A stretch of DNA of 61,341 nucleotides, from positions 1-61,341 of the forward strand of contig JBPCLP010000022.1 in assembly GCA_051003195.1 (NCBI GenBank), written 5' to 3'. Positions 49,278 to 59,471 of the stretch are shown piece by piece (within the stretch, counting starts at the first letter, position 1; every line of letters begins with the position of its first letter). The notes beneath the pieces are model-generated. The model was not told the DNA's origin. It searched no databases and saw only the letters and a program-made list of their open reading frames with translations. Position numbers and translations under genes: made by a program. The DNA is from Candidatus Sumerlaeaceae bacterium. Its GTDB lineage: Bacteria; Sumerlaeota; Sumerlaeia; Sumerlaeales; Sumerlaeaceae.

Positions 49278-49817
49278 GTGTCCGAAAAAGAGCACGTTAT
49301 CGTAACCAGCGTCGGCAGTGATCGTCCCGGCATTGTGGCGGAGTTGTCCGGCTGGATTCTCGAGAACGGCGGCAACATCGAAGACAGCCGGATGAGCCAG
49401 CTCGGCGGCGAGTTTGCCACGCTCGTGCTCGTCAGCGGCGACACGGGGTTGGCCCAGAAACTGGAATCGGCACGAGAGCAGTTTGCCAGCCAATGTGGGC
49501 AGACGATTTCCAGTAAGCCTGTTGCTGCGGCGCCATCCGCCCCCGCAATTTCGCACCTGCGGTATCAGCTTAAGGCAACGGCGCTGGATCACCCTGGGAT
49601 CGTTCACCAGGTGTCGCAGCTATTGCGCGAGCAGTCGGTGAACATCGTATCCGCGAGCACGCATACTACGCCCGCTCCTTTTACGGGCGCACCTGTCTTT
49701 CAGTTTCAGATGCTGGTGGACGTGCCAGGCACGACCACGGCCGCTAAACTTCGCGATCAACTGCGGGAGCTTGGCGACAGGGACAATATCGATTTTACGC
49801 TTACCGCGGCGGAATAA
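49278..49817 (+). CDS. gcvR: Double-ACT glycine cleavage system regulator
   Basis: GSDRPGIVA..S......GGNIEDSRMSQLGGEF; ALDHPGIVHQVS..L....NI; APFTGAPVF; GTG start. Confidence 0.85.
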   Translation: MSEKEHVIVTSVGSDRPGIVAELSGWILENGGNIEDSRMSQLGGEFATLVLVSGDTGLAQKLESAREQFASQCGQTISSKPVAAAPSAPAISHLRYQLKATALDHPGIVHQVSQLLREQSVNIVSASTHTTPAPFTGAPVFQFQMLVDVPGTTTAAKLRDQLRELGDRDNIDFTLTAAE

Positions 49818-50502
49818 CCGAAGGACTTCTTTTGAGCTTCGGGACTTGCGCGGGCACTTGAAGCAGGGCGAAGCCATACTCGAAGGTGGTGCCGTCCGGG
49901 CGTGCGGCTTTACCAGGCATGGGTTCGTCCTCACCCCAGTACAGATCGACCTGGTAATTCCTTAGGGCCCCGGTGTCGCCGACGATCCAGCTATCGTTGC
50001 CCGTCAGGTCCTTGACCCATGGGCTGATAAACTGCACGCGTGCGAAAGGTGAAACGCCAAGAGCTCGCCGGTTGGTGGCACAGGTAACCCGGGATGCCAA
50101 CCTCGAGCGGTGGTAGCCCGTCGGCCGACTGGTGTAGCCGAAGCGACCTCGTCCCTCGTATCGAATGTAGTGGAGACCGTTGAGTGGCTGTTGGAGCCGG
50201 CCGATGCCCTCGAGGTGGACGGCATTGAGAAAGTCGCGGTTATAAGCCCGGCCGCCCAGCCCAGGTTTTGTTTGCGTAGTAGAATCGAACCCGCGTTCGA
50301 CCGTAAATCCGGATTCTTTTGGGGTGTAGTACAACGTGCAGACGACGAAGTAGGTTCCGGCACGTCCACCCGGGCGTTTCGCCAGCGCCTTGTTTTCACT
50401 CGTGATTCGCTCCATAACCTGGGGCCACGGAATATCGGCCTGCGCTGTAGAAACACAAAGGGCCAGACCGAGTAAACATTTCTGTACCAGCCAGTTCTGC
50501 AT
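49801..50502 (-). CDS. Exported hypothetical protein with 3D-domain-like C-terminus
   Basis: Signal peptide; TLYYTPKE..F..AVHLEGIG; VGDTGAL....VDLYWG. Confidence 0.6.
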   Translation of the reverse strand: MQNWLVQKCLLGLALCVSTAQADIPWPQVMERITSENKALAKRPGGRAGTYFVVCTLYYTPKESGFTVERGFDSTTQTKPGLGGRAYNRDFLNAVHLEGIGRLQQPLNGLHYIRYEGRGRFGYTSRPTGYHRSRLASRVTCATNRRALGVSPFARVQFISPWVKDLTGNDSWIVGDTGALRNYQVDLYWGEDEPMPGKAARPDGTTFEYGFALLQVPAQVPKLKRSPSVIPPR

Positions 50503-50630
50503 AAAGTCCACTGAAGTAGCGGGGGCAAGGCAACGCCAGCATAAAAATGCCGTTTGCCATGCTGCTGTGAGCTGTGCGTGCATACCACTTAAGCAAAGCC
50601 GGAGAAGATGTGATGTCCGATGTTTGCGGC

Positions 50631-52886
50631 ATGCGCCGCACGAAAGTAAAAACAGGTGGTGGCTGGCGCGCGATATTGTACACTTTGAGTAAGGCACGGG
50701 CGGCCGGCGGCATATGGCGCATGTGGAAGGCGTTGAGCACGAAGAACGCATGCAAGACGTGCGCGCTGGGTATGGGTGGGCAACTCGGCGGAATGGTGAA
50801 CGAGAAAGGACACTGGCCAAGCCTTTGCAAAAAGAGCGTCCAGGCCATGGCGGCGGATATGCAGGGCGCGATCCAGCCGGAGTTCTTTGAGAAGTTCAGC
50901 ATTGCGGAGCTGAAGCAGATGTCGCCGCGCGAGCTCGAGGAATCCGGCCGTCTCACTCAGCCGGTTTACGCCGCGCCTGGCGATACGCATTACCGGCGCA
51001 TCTCATGGGACGATGCGCTGGCACGCATCGCAAAGAAACTGCGCGACACTCCGCCCGAAAACACCTTCTTTTACTTCAGCGGGCGTTCCTCCAACGAGGC
51101 CGGTTTTCTTCTACAGCTCTTCTCGCGGCTGTATGGCACCAACAACGTGAACAATTGCAGCTACTACTGCCACCAGGCTTCGAGTGTGGGACTCGCCAGC
51201 GTCACCGGCTCGGGCACCGCGACGCTAAAACTCGATGACGTGGAGCAATGTGACCTGTTGTTCTTAATCGGCGCCAATCCTGCCAGCAATCACCCGCGGT
51301 TCCTGCACACCATCCTGCGCATGAAGCGCCGAAAAGGCAAAGTGATTGTCATTAACCCGGTGCGCGAACTGGGGCTGGTGCGCTTCCGGGTGCCGTCTGA
51401 TCCATGGAGCCTTTTTTTCGGCACACGCATCGCCGACGAATACGTGCAGCCGCACATCGGGGGAGACATTGCGCTTCTCGCCGCCATCGGAAAAGCGCTT
51501 CTCGAACGCGGCGCAGTCGAGCATACGTACATCCAGGAATACACCGAAGACTATGCAAACTTTGAAGCCATGCTGCGGGCTCTCGATTGGGTCGAGCTCG
51601 TGCAGCGCTCAGGTGTCTCGCGCGAACAGATCCAGCAACTTGCGGATTTGTACGCCGCATCGCAAAACACGGTTTTCTGCTGGGCAATGGGTGTAACGCA
51701 TCACGGGCACGGTGTGGAAAACGTGCAAATGATCGGAAACCTTGCACTTATGCGCGGCATGGTCGGGCGTCCCAAAGCAGGACTGCTGCCGCTGCGCGGG
51801 CACAGCAATGTGCAGGGCATCGGCAGCATGGGCGTTACACCGCGGCTCAAGGCAGCCGTGCTCCAGCGCATCCAGGAGAAGTACGGAGTCACGCTGCCAA
51901 CCGGTCCTGGAATGGATACTCTCAGCAGCATGGAGGCAGCGGCGGAAGGACGAACACGTTTCGCGTGGTGTGTCGGCGGAAACCTATATGGCAGTAATCC
52001 GGACGCGAAGTTCGCGAAAGAGGCGCTCAACGCAATTGATCTCGTGCTCTACATGAGCACCACGCTGAACACCGGTCATGCGTGCGGCACAGGCTGCGAG
52101 ACTATCATCCTGCCGGTGCTCGCGCGTGATGAAGAGTCGCAAGCGACCACGCAGGAGAGTATGTTTAATTATGTGCGGATGAGCGACGGAGGTCCGGCAC
52201 GTCACGAAGGACCGCGCAGCGAAACCGAAATTATCGCGCACGTCGCACAGGATGTGCTGGGCGACGCCTCGCCTGTCGATTGGAAGGCGATGCAACAGCA
52301 TGGAAACATTCGAGAAGCTATCGCGGCTATCATTCCCGGATACGAAGAAATTGCGGAAATGGACCTTACACGCCAGGAGTTCCACATCCCCGGCCGGATC
52401 TTCCACGCGCCGAAATTCGCGACCGTATCTGGCCGCGCGGCGTTTCACGCCATCGAATTGCCGGATTTTCCGGATGGCGATCGAACATTGCGCCTGATGA
52501 CCATCCGCAGCGAAGGGCAGTTCAACACAGTTGTTTATGAGGAAGAAGACCTGTACCGCGGACAGGAGCGGCGCGATGTGATTATGCTCGCATCGGCGGA
52601 TCGAGAACGGCTTGGGTTGCATGTTAACCAGCGCGTCACCGTCAGAAGTGCGAGCGGCTCGCTCCACAACGTTCTTGTTCGGGAGTTAAATGTGCGGCCG
52701 GGCAACGCCGTGATGTACTATCCAGAGGCAAACGTCCTGGTCAGCCGAAATGTCGATCCAGCTTCGCGCACCCCTGCCTTTAAGAACACTTCCGTCACTA
52801 TTGAAACCGCGGCGGCGACCCGTGAAGTCGTTGCGGCACAGGATCAGGCTACTGAAGAAATGATTGTCCTGGCTTCAGCGGGGTAA
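50631..52886 (+). CDS. FdhF/YdeP family molybdopterin oxidoreductase
   Basis: CKTCALGMGG, FYFSGRSSNEA, NNCSYYCHQAS, GANPASNHPR, RGHSNVQG, TIRSEGQFNTVVY, YYPEAN. Confidence 0.93.
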   Translation: MRRTKVKTGGGWRAILYTLSKARAAGGIWRMWKALSTKNACKTCALGMGGQLGGMVNEKGHWPSLCKKSVQAMAADMQGAIQPEFFEKFSIAELKQMSPRELEESGRLTQPVYAAPGDTHYRRISWDDALARIAKKLRDTPPENTFFYFSGRSSNEAGFLLQLFSRLYGTNNVNNCSYYCHQASSVGLASVTGSGTATLKLDDVEQCDLLFLIGANPASNHPRFLHTILRMKRRKGKVIVINPVRELGLVRFRVPSDPWSLFFGTRIADEYVQPHIGGDIALLAAIGKALLERGAVEHTYIQEYTEDYANFEAMLRALDWVELVQRSGVSREQIQQLADLYAASQNTVFCWAMGVTHHGHGVENVQMIGNLALMRGMVGRPKAGLLPLRGHSNVQGIGSMGVTPRLKAAVLQRIQEKYGVTLPTGPGMDTLSSMEAAAEGRTRFAWCVGGNLYGSNPDAKFAKEALNAIDLVLYMSTTLNTGHACGTGCETIILPVLARDEESQATTQESMFNYVRMSDGGPARHEGPRSETEIIAHVAQDVLGDASPVDWKAMQQHGNIREAIAAIIPGYEEIAEMDLTRQEFHIPGRIFHAPKFATVSGRAAFHAIELPDFPDGDRTLRLMTIRSEGQFNTVVYEEEDLYRGQERRDVIMLASADRERLGLHVNQRVTVRSASGSLHNVLVRELNVRPGNAVMYYPEANVLVSRNVDPASRTPAFKNTSVTIETAAATREVVAAQDQATEEMIVLASAG

Positions 52887-52906
52887 TTTCCCAGCGGAGG
52901 TGCCTC

Positions 52907-53680
52907 ATGAACCGTCCGTTTACAAGCCTGCGCTTTGTGTTAGTATGTGTTTTCGCGTGTTTGTGTACATTTGCCTCGGCGCAAAGTGGTCGAGCAGGAG
53001 CGCTTAGCGTCGCGACATATAATCTCACGCCGCGCGTGCCGATGAAGGAGAATGTTGAACAGGCACGCCAGTTGGCGCAGAGCACTGTCACGGTCGTGAA
53101 ATCACTGCTGTACGCGCAAAGTGGAGAGAGCGCCGCAGCCAGCGTCGGCCGGCGCATGTGGTATGATCCAAACACCCTCCAGCTTACCATCGTCGACACA
53201 CCTGAGAACCTGCGCACGGTCGGCGATTTTATCAAATCCAACGCCACAATGGCTGCCAATAAATCCAAGAGCGAAATCATGTTCCTCAAGCACCAGAATG
53301 CCAGCGAAATGACAGAGCTGCTTAACAGGGTGACGGGGGCCGGTGCCGGTACCGCGGGCCCGGCAACAGGCAACTCGGTAACTAAAACTTTGCGTGTCGA
53401 AGGAGAACTAACCTTCCGCGATCTCAAGATCCGAATTACCAAAGTGAACGAGAATGACATCAACAACAAGAACGACGACTCGGTGGAGATGGTCGTGCGC
53501 ACGCCCACGTCGAGTGAGGACCGCACCATCGAAGAGTTTCGATCCGACTTTCTGGACGACTATGAGCTTAATGTGATTGAGGTGCGGCCATCGAGCACCC
53601 CGGGTGAGGGATCAGTTCGCCTTGAAGTCCGATACACTCCCGCCAACGTTCCGGGCGGTGTCGTACCACCGGCTCGCTAA
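52907..53680 (+). CDS. Exported protein with secretin-N-like domain, no secretin barrel
   Basis: YDPNTLQLTIVDTPENLRTVGDFI; FLKHQNASEMTELL; only 257 aa. Confidence 0.6.
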   Translation: MNRPFTSLRFVLVCVFACLCTFASAQSGRAGALSVATYNLTPRVPMKENVEQARQLAQSTVTVVKSLLYAQSGESAAASVGRRMWYDPNTLQLTIVDTPENLRTVGDFIKSNATMAANKSKSEIMFLKHQNASEMTELLNRVTGAGAGTAGPATGNSVTKTLRVEGELTFRDLKIRITKVNENDINNKNDDSVEMVVRTPTSSEDRTIEEFRSDFLDDYELNVIEVRPSSTPGEGSVRLEVRYTPANVPGGVVPPAR

Positions 53681-54111
53681 CTCACAGCGGCAGCAATCCG
53701 GCTCCGTACTTGTTCCTGATGGGCCGCGTCCTGGTAATGTTGCCTCGGCCAGAAGAACCCCTTTAAGCCATCACCCCGGTTGCGGGGAACAATGTGCACA
53801 TGCAGGTGCGGCACACTCTGGCTCACGACGTTGTTCATTGCAACGAAAACACCTTGCGAGCGCATGGCAGTTTGCACCGCGACCGACAACCGCCTGGCAT
53901 TCGCAAACATCGGCGCGAGTAACTCTTCGGGCATTTCCATCAGGGTCTGAATGTGCGGCTTGGGGATCAGCAGGCAGTGACCTGGAAATAGCGGCCGCGT
54001 ATCGAGAAAACAAAGAGAATCCCTATCTTCAAACACAACGCTGGCATTTGAAGGTGCCGTTACAATGGAGCAGAAAACGCAGTCCTGCTCGCTCAGCAGT
54101 TTTTTGCTCAA
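53677..54111 (-). CDS. HIT family hydrolase
   Basis: CVFCSI, PLFPGHCLLIPK.H, QSVPHLHVHIVPR. Confidence 0.95.
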   Translation of the reverse strand: MSKKLLSEQDCVFCSIVTAPSNASVVFEDRDSLCFLDTRPLFPGHCLLIPKPHIQTLMEMPEELLAPMFANARRLSVAVQTAMRSQGVFVAMNNVVSQSVPHLHVHIVPRNRGDGLKGFFWPRQHYQDAAHQEQVRSRIAAAVS

Positions 54112-54133
54112 AGCCTGGCAGACCCCTTAAAGC

Positions 54134-54162
54134 AAAACGACCGGGGCTTTTGGCCCCGGCCG
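54134..54162 (-). terminator. Intrinsic terminator
   Basis: CCGGGGC/GCCCCGG stem with T-tract on the minus strand. Confidence 0.65.
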
Positions 54163-54187
54163 CAAGTTCTGATTTTTTCAGCAACGA

Positions 54188-54508
54188 CTAGTAGTAGTAG
54201 CCGCCGCCATAGCCATACGATGGGTAGTACGAATGTGACGGATACGAGTAATAGCTGTGGCTCGGATAGGAATACGACGGATAGTAGTCGTAACCGCCGC
54301 TGTAGTATCCACCGCCGTAGCCGCCACCGTAATATCCGCCGCCGTAGGACGATTGCTGTCCCATGTTATAAAGCGCGGCTGCGCCAAGCCCGATGGCTCC
54401 GTACTTTACGATGGTCTTGGTGCGCGCTTCTGCGGTTGTCGGGGTGCTGGCCGCCAGAAGGGCCACTGCCGGAAGGGCGAAAGCGAGTTTTGTAAATCTC
54501 ATTTCCAT
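54188..54508 (-). CDS. Small secreted Gly/Tyr-rich low-complexity protein
   Basis: AAGGAG RBS; signal peptide ending AEA; YGGGY and YPSHSY repeats. Confidence 0.75.
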   Translation of the reverse strand: MEMRFTKLAFALPAVALLAASTPTTAEARTKTIVKYGAIGLGAAALYNMGQQSSYGGGYYGGGYGGGYYSGGYDYYPSYSYPSHSYYSYPSHSYYPSYGYGGGYYY

Positions 54509-54931
54509 GCTCCTTTGCGTGGTTAAAGCCGCCGGATAGGCCCGACGTGCTTGTTCACCTGTTTTGCTCGCAATTCGTGCGCCAATATCAGGCAAAAACG
54601 GCGAGTCCTGCTCACGAAATCAGGCATAGCGCTACCTTCACCCCGCAACCGCGAATGTTACGCGTTAAAGCATGCTCGGAAACCGCACACGTTTCTATTG
54701 TAACCACAGCAAACCGAATGCTTTGAGATAAAGCATAAAAAAGTAGTCACCAAAAGAGGGTTCGTGTTGCGTTGGAAGCGAGAATCACGGCGCTCGCCGA
54801 TTCCTATGATGCCATGACAACGGAGCGGGTATACCGCGGCGCTGTTTCGCCGGAGACCGCGCTCGAAAAAGGTCGCGAGCAAAGGCAGATTAGCTGCGGC
54901 GGCCTCGTGAAGAATCGGTTTTGTGAGTGGC

Positions 54932-57900
54932 TTAATCTACTTTCATCGTGATGATTTTGTAGGGTGTGTATGGGATTGAAATGTCGATCCCGTCGATCAC
55001 CGCTGGGGTGGTTTCTTCTTCCAAAAGATTGCAAAAAGTCGCTTTTCGGAACGGAATGTTCAGCCGCACTATCGCCGTGCCGCGTGCGCCGTGGCATTCG
55101 TAAAACCGCAGGATCAGCGCATCGGAATCCTCGGCTTTTTTGATGGTGTCGAGGACGAGGTTCGTGTCTTCTACAACGGCTGCGTAACTGGTGTGAGTCG
55201 CTCGCGACTCCGCTGGGGATGTGTTGGGTCCTTCCTGGACCAGCAGCGGCATATTGAACGAAGCGGCCTCCTGGACGATTGCTCCTTCGCGCCAGTTTCC
55301 AATGTGCGGGACGATTGCATAAGAGAAGTGGTTTTTACCCATATCGGCTTCTGGATCGGGATTCTTGGGCGATCTCAGCAAGCTGATGCGCATCGTGTTG
55401 CCGTGCGTGCTGTAGCCGTATTTGCTTTCGCTGAGGAGCGCGACGCCGAAGCCGTGCTCGGAGACATCGCTCCAACGGTGACCAGGAACTTCGTAGCGGG
55501 CAAGGTCGTAAGGCGTGTTGAAGTGGGTGGGACGCTCCGCGTTGCCGAACTGCATTTCATAGGTGGCGTTCATCGCACGAACATTGACCGGAAACGCGAC
55601 TTTCAACATGCGGTTCTCTTCATGCCAGTCCACCTCGCAATGGAACTCAAGTCGACGCGAGGCAGCGTCTAGACGAACGAATTGTCGCAAGCTGCTCGCA
55701 CGGCCAATGGATCGATTGAATTCCACTTCGGCGCGCAATTCATGCTGCTGAACAATTCTCATCGAAGTGGCGGGGGAGCATGGTGTTTCCATTTCCATGT
55801 GGAAAGGATCGACATCCCACGCCGCCCACGCCGTGGGAGTGTCTTCATAAATCAATAGCTGGTTGCCCGACGCAGCGAGTGATTCGCGACCGGAGTACTT
55901 TTCGACGAGGCTGCGGACGGTGCCGTCTGGTTGCAGAGTAGCGGCGAGATACTCGTTTTCGAGCACGACACTCCCGTCGTTGCCGGTGGTAAGGGTCACA
56001 GCCGAATTGTCCGGTGCAGTGGTAATGGTACCCGTGCCGTAGGCTGGTGCTTCGGCAAAAGCTGGCTTGCCATTGGACAGGGTGATAACTTCCGCACGAT
56101 CGAACGCTGTTGTGTTTATAATAGCGCCGCCAATTGCCGCCGCAGCGGATTTTATGAGAGAGATCGCGGTCTGCTCGATTTCGGCGTAGTGACGCTTTGC
56201 GTCATCGTATACGAGTTTGATGGACGAACCAGGCAGTATGTCATGGAACTGGTTAAGCAGCACGAGCTTCCACAAGTGATCCAGCTGCTGCGTCGGATAG
56301 CTGAAGCCGTGCAGCCGATGCGCGATAGCAGACAGGAACTCCACATCGTGGAGCAGGATTTCCGTTTTGCGATTGCCGCGTTTGGTAGCTGCCTGTGTTG
56401 TGTAGGTGCCGCGATGGTACTCGAAGTAAAGTTCACCCACCTGGCGGGTGCGGTCGGTGATGTCCTTTTCGAGGCGTTCCCAGAATTCCTCCGTATTTGA
56501 AAAACGTGTGCGGGGAATACCCTGTAGATCTTCGTACCTGCGCAGGCGCTCGAGCATGAGGCGCGTGGGTCCGCCACCGCCGTCGCCGTAGCCATAGAGC
56601 ACAATGGACTGGGTGGATCGGTCGTGGTCTTTATAGTCGCGCGCGCCTTTGCGCATCTGCTCCACCGTGACAATCGCGTTGTAATCTTCCGTCGGCGGGA
56701 AGTGTGTAAGCACATCGCTGCCGTCGATGCCTTCCCACATGAAGGTATGGTGGTGCGGTTTATTGAAGCGGTTCCAGCTAAGCTTGTTCGTGAGAAACCG
56801 GGTGATGCCGGCACCCCGGCAGATCTGGGGCAGCTGGCCGTTGTAGCCGAAAACGTCGGGGTTCCAGAACTCGCGACATGTGACGCCGAATTCCTGTTGG
56901 AAGAACCGCTGACCTACGAGGAACTGGCGCACCAGAGCTTCGCCTGATGGGATGTTGCAGTCGGGCTCGATCCAGGTGCCGCCGACGATGACCCACTGAC
57001 CGGATTTGACGCGTTGCCTGATGCGATCGTAAAGGTCGGGATTGCGCTGCTTAATCCAGTCATATTGCTGGGCCTGGCTGCACGCAAACTTGTAGTCGGG
57101 ATAGTCCTCCATGTATGTGGTTTGACTGGAGAACGTGCGCTCGCATTTGCGGTGCGTTTCAGCCAGGGGCCACAGCCAGGCGGTGTCTATGTGCGCATGT
57201 CCGATGGCCGAGCACTCGTGCACGCAAGAGGCGTTCGAGTTCTTATAAAGCGCTTTGAGGATCTTGCTGCCGGCGCGCCATGTCTCGCGATCCATCGGGT
57301 CGTAGATGTTCGCGAAGCTGTTCAGCTCGGCCAGGAGAGTGCCAGCCCAGGTCTTGTCGAGGTCGCCCTTCGACTGGTCTGCTTCGAGGGATTGTAGCAC
57401 CTCGAAGTCGTTGAAGAGATCCCATGCATCCTGATCGAAGAGAGCAATCTCGGCGCGGTCGAGGACGAAGCGGCTTACATGTTTGTAGTGCGTAGGCCAC
57501 ATGTGTTCCCATTCGCCGAAGAGCCCGTTGCAGGCCATCTCGACCTGGAACGGTAAGGTTTCGCCGCCGCGGGCTTTGCGGGTGAGGGTTGCGTCGATGC
57601 GGACAGGGCCTTCGGATCCGGCCGGTTCATAGTTTAGACCCTGGATGCTTCGACCGTCGACCCATAACGTGCCCTCGCTGAAGGTGTTCCACAACACGTC
57701 TACGCGTCGCGACTTCCATGCATCGGGAATCGTAGCTTTTGCACGAAACCAGAAGGTGGCCCAGCGAGGTCCGAATTGATCGCCGAATTGTGCGGGTCGG
57801 AAGGCGGTGAGCTTCTGGGCTTCCGCGTACGAGATACGGTCATCAACCTGTTCGCTGACAAGCAATTCTGTGAGCGGCTGGACCTCGGGGTAGATGCGCG

Positions 57901-57961
57901 CGCGTAGTTTATCCGTGAGCTGCTTCAGCCTCTCGCGCGTATAATCTGGATATCTTTCCAA
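54932..57961 (-). CDS. GH38 alpha-mannosidase
   Basis: GHAHIDTAWLWP, GGTWIEPDCNIPSGE, WNPDVFGY, GELYFEYHRGTYT, NQFHDILPGSSI. Confidence 0.96.
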   Translation of the reverse strand: MERYPDYTRERLKQLTDKLRARIYPEVQPLTELLVSEQVDDRISYAEAQKLTAFRPAQFGDQFGPRWATFWFRAKATIPDAWKSRRVDVLWNTFSEGTLWVDGRSIQGLNYEPAGSEGPVRIDATLTRKARGGETLPFQVEMACNGLFGEWEHMWPTHYKHVSRFVLDRAEIALFDQDAWDLFNDFEVLQSLEADQSKGDLDKTWAGTLLAELNSFANIYDPMDRETWRAGSKILKALYKNSNASCVHECSAIGHAHIDTAWLWPLAETHRKCERTFSSQTTYMEDYPDYKFACSQAQQYDWIKQRNPDLYDRIRQRVKSGQWVIVGGTWIEPDCNIPSGEALVRQFLVGQRFFQQEFGVTCREFWNPDVFGYNGQLPQICRGAGITRFLTNKLSWNRFNKPHHHTFMWEGIDGSDVLTHFPPTEDYNAIVTVEQMRKGARDYKDHDRSTQSIVLYGYGDGGGGPTRLMLERLRRYEDLQGIPRTRFSNTEEFWERLEKDITDRTRQVGELYFEYHRGTYTTQAATKRGNRKTEILLHDVEFLSAIAHRLHGFSYPTQQLDHLWKLVLLNQFHDILPGSSIKLVYDDAKRHYAEIEQTAISLIKSAAAAIGGAIINTTAFDRAEVITLSNGKPAFAEAPAYGTGTITTAPDNSAVTLTTGNDGSVVLENEYLAATLQPDGTVRSLVEKYSGRESLAASGNQLLIYEDTPTAWAAWDVDPFHMEMETPCSPATSMRIVQQHELRAEVEFNRSIGRASSLRQFVRLDAASRRLEFHCEVDWHEENRMLKVAFPVNVRAMNATYEMQFGNAERPTHFNTPYDLARYEVPGHRWSDVSEHGFGVALLSESKYGYSTHGNTMRISLLRSPKNPDPEADMGKNHFSYAIVPHIGNWREGAIVQEAASFNMPLLVQEGPNTSPAESRATHTSYAAVVEDTNLVLDTIKKAEDSDALILRFYECHGARGTAIVRLNIPFRKATFCNLLEEETTPAVIDGIDISIPYTPYKIITMKVD

Positions 57962-58914
57962 GTTAGAACCTCGGTGTGGATGGAAGGTGTAATAAAACGG
58001 GTTAAATCAGGCGGAATTTAATCCGGAATCATGGTTCACTGATCTGCCTAGGGTATTTTCAAACTTTGATTTCGGGACGCTTTCACACTTCGTGCAGTGG
58101 TGAATGCGATCTTTCACCGCAATGCTCAAAGAAAAGGTGCATATGGCGCACGACTAACAGCATGAACGGCTGGTTTGGTGTCCCATTAATTCGTTCACTG
58201 GTTTTGTGTGCCGTCTGAGCTCAAAAGCTTGCTGAAGTATAGCTATGAACTTCTGGGACGGCACACTGGTTTGTTTTCGAGATCATCAAGTATGGTGCAG
58301 CATGGGAGTAGGGTTAGATGCGGCCCGTTCCGATCTCCGTTCCGGGAGGGGAACTACCAGCCCGGCGCACGGCTATCAGTTTTCTGCTTTCGAGGATAAA
58401 CAGAAAGCGCGCATCCGAATTAGAGGATGCGCGCCACCTTGGGTTATCGTTGGTTCGTAATCAGTTCGATCGAGCGTAGCTTTGCCGTTTGGTCTGGCCG
58501 AACTATGATTCGACACACCGGGTTGCGTCTATGCGGCAGCGTTATTTTTCCAGAAGGCGTGCATGCTTCGAGCGCGCTGAAGCGTACAGGTAGCCTTGCA
58601 CTGGATATACACCAAAGTTGTACGCGCTGGAGTGGCCGTAGCCCGAACCGCATGGCAGAAGCGATTCGACCGGGCTATGTTTGGCGACGACATAACCGCA
58701 GGGCAGCGGCGCGCAACTTGGAGCACAGATCGAGGTTCCAACCGAAGAAGTCATCGGGCCGGAGATCAGCGATGGCATCATCGCGAGTCCAGTGAGTATC
58801 GGTATTGTAAGATCCATTAGAATGTCCTTTTCTCGGCAATTTGGACGGCGTCGACAACGGACACAGCCATGGTCGAACAAACGGAAACTGCACCTTCGGA
58901 TTTAGCGGATGCAC

Positions 58915-58945
58915 GAAAAAAGCGCCGGGGTAACGGCGCTTTTCG
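58915..58945. terminator. Intrinsic terminator (bidirectional-type)
   Basis: AAAAGCGCCG-loop-CGGCGCTTTT. Confidence 0.75.
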
Positions 58946-58971
58946 TTTAAGGAAAACTGGGAGCGCTTAGC

Positions 58972-59352
58972 TTAGCGCCAACCTCCGGAGGCCGAGAATG
59001 TTGCGCCGCCATAGCTGCTGCCGTAGCTCGCGCTGCCATAGTTGCCGCCGTAACTCGTGGAGTAATCCGCTCCACCGTATCCGCTATATCCGGCACTATA
59101 TCGGGTGTTCGAATATCCACCGGAAGATGGAGCATAGCCGTAGCTGGCCGTGTATCCGCCGCGGGCTGCATAAGGGCTGGGTGCGTACGTTGGCGTATTG
59201 CTGTAACCGCCATAATACCCCGAATTTGCAGTTCCGCATGTGTTGCATGCGGAATAGCATGGGTTGTCGCAGTCACCTCCGCCTGAACCACCTGCAAGTA
59301 GACCAACTCCCAGCAGAGCCGGAATCAAAAATCCGCACATAATTGCCTCCAT
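58972..59352 (-). CDS. Small Gly/Tyr/Ser-rich protein with hydrophobic N-terminus and Cys cluster
   Basis: LLGVGLLAGG, CDNPCYSACNTC, SYG repeats; followed by a terminator. Confidence 0.65.
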   Translation of the reverse strand: MEAIMCGFLIPALLGVGLLAGGSGGGDCDNPCYSACNTCGTANSGYYGGYSNTPTYAPSPYAARGGYTASYGYAPSSGGYSNTRYSAGYSGYGGADYSTSYGGNYGSASYGSSYGGATFSASGGWR

Positions 59353-59471
59353 GAACCTAAAATTGTAACTTCTATAAAGTCGCTTTACACCGTCAGCATG
59401 TGGTGTGCCCGTATGTTCAACGCAACCCCGAATGCTGTTGTTTATTAAATTGGACCTGATGTTAACTAGCT

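Noticed and set aside
58160..58910. Several short overlapping ORFs after a GGTGTCCCATTAATT motif
   Set aside because: No recognisable family in any frame; possibly a decayed gene, but I cannot support a call.
59353..59471. Moco riboswitch or ModE box upstream of modA
   Set aside because: No consensus elements recognisable.
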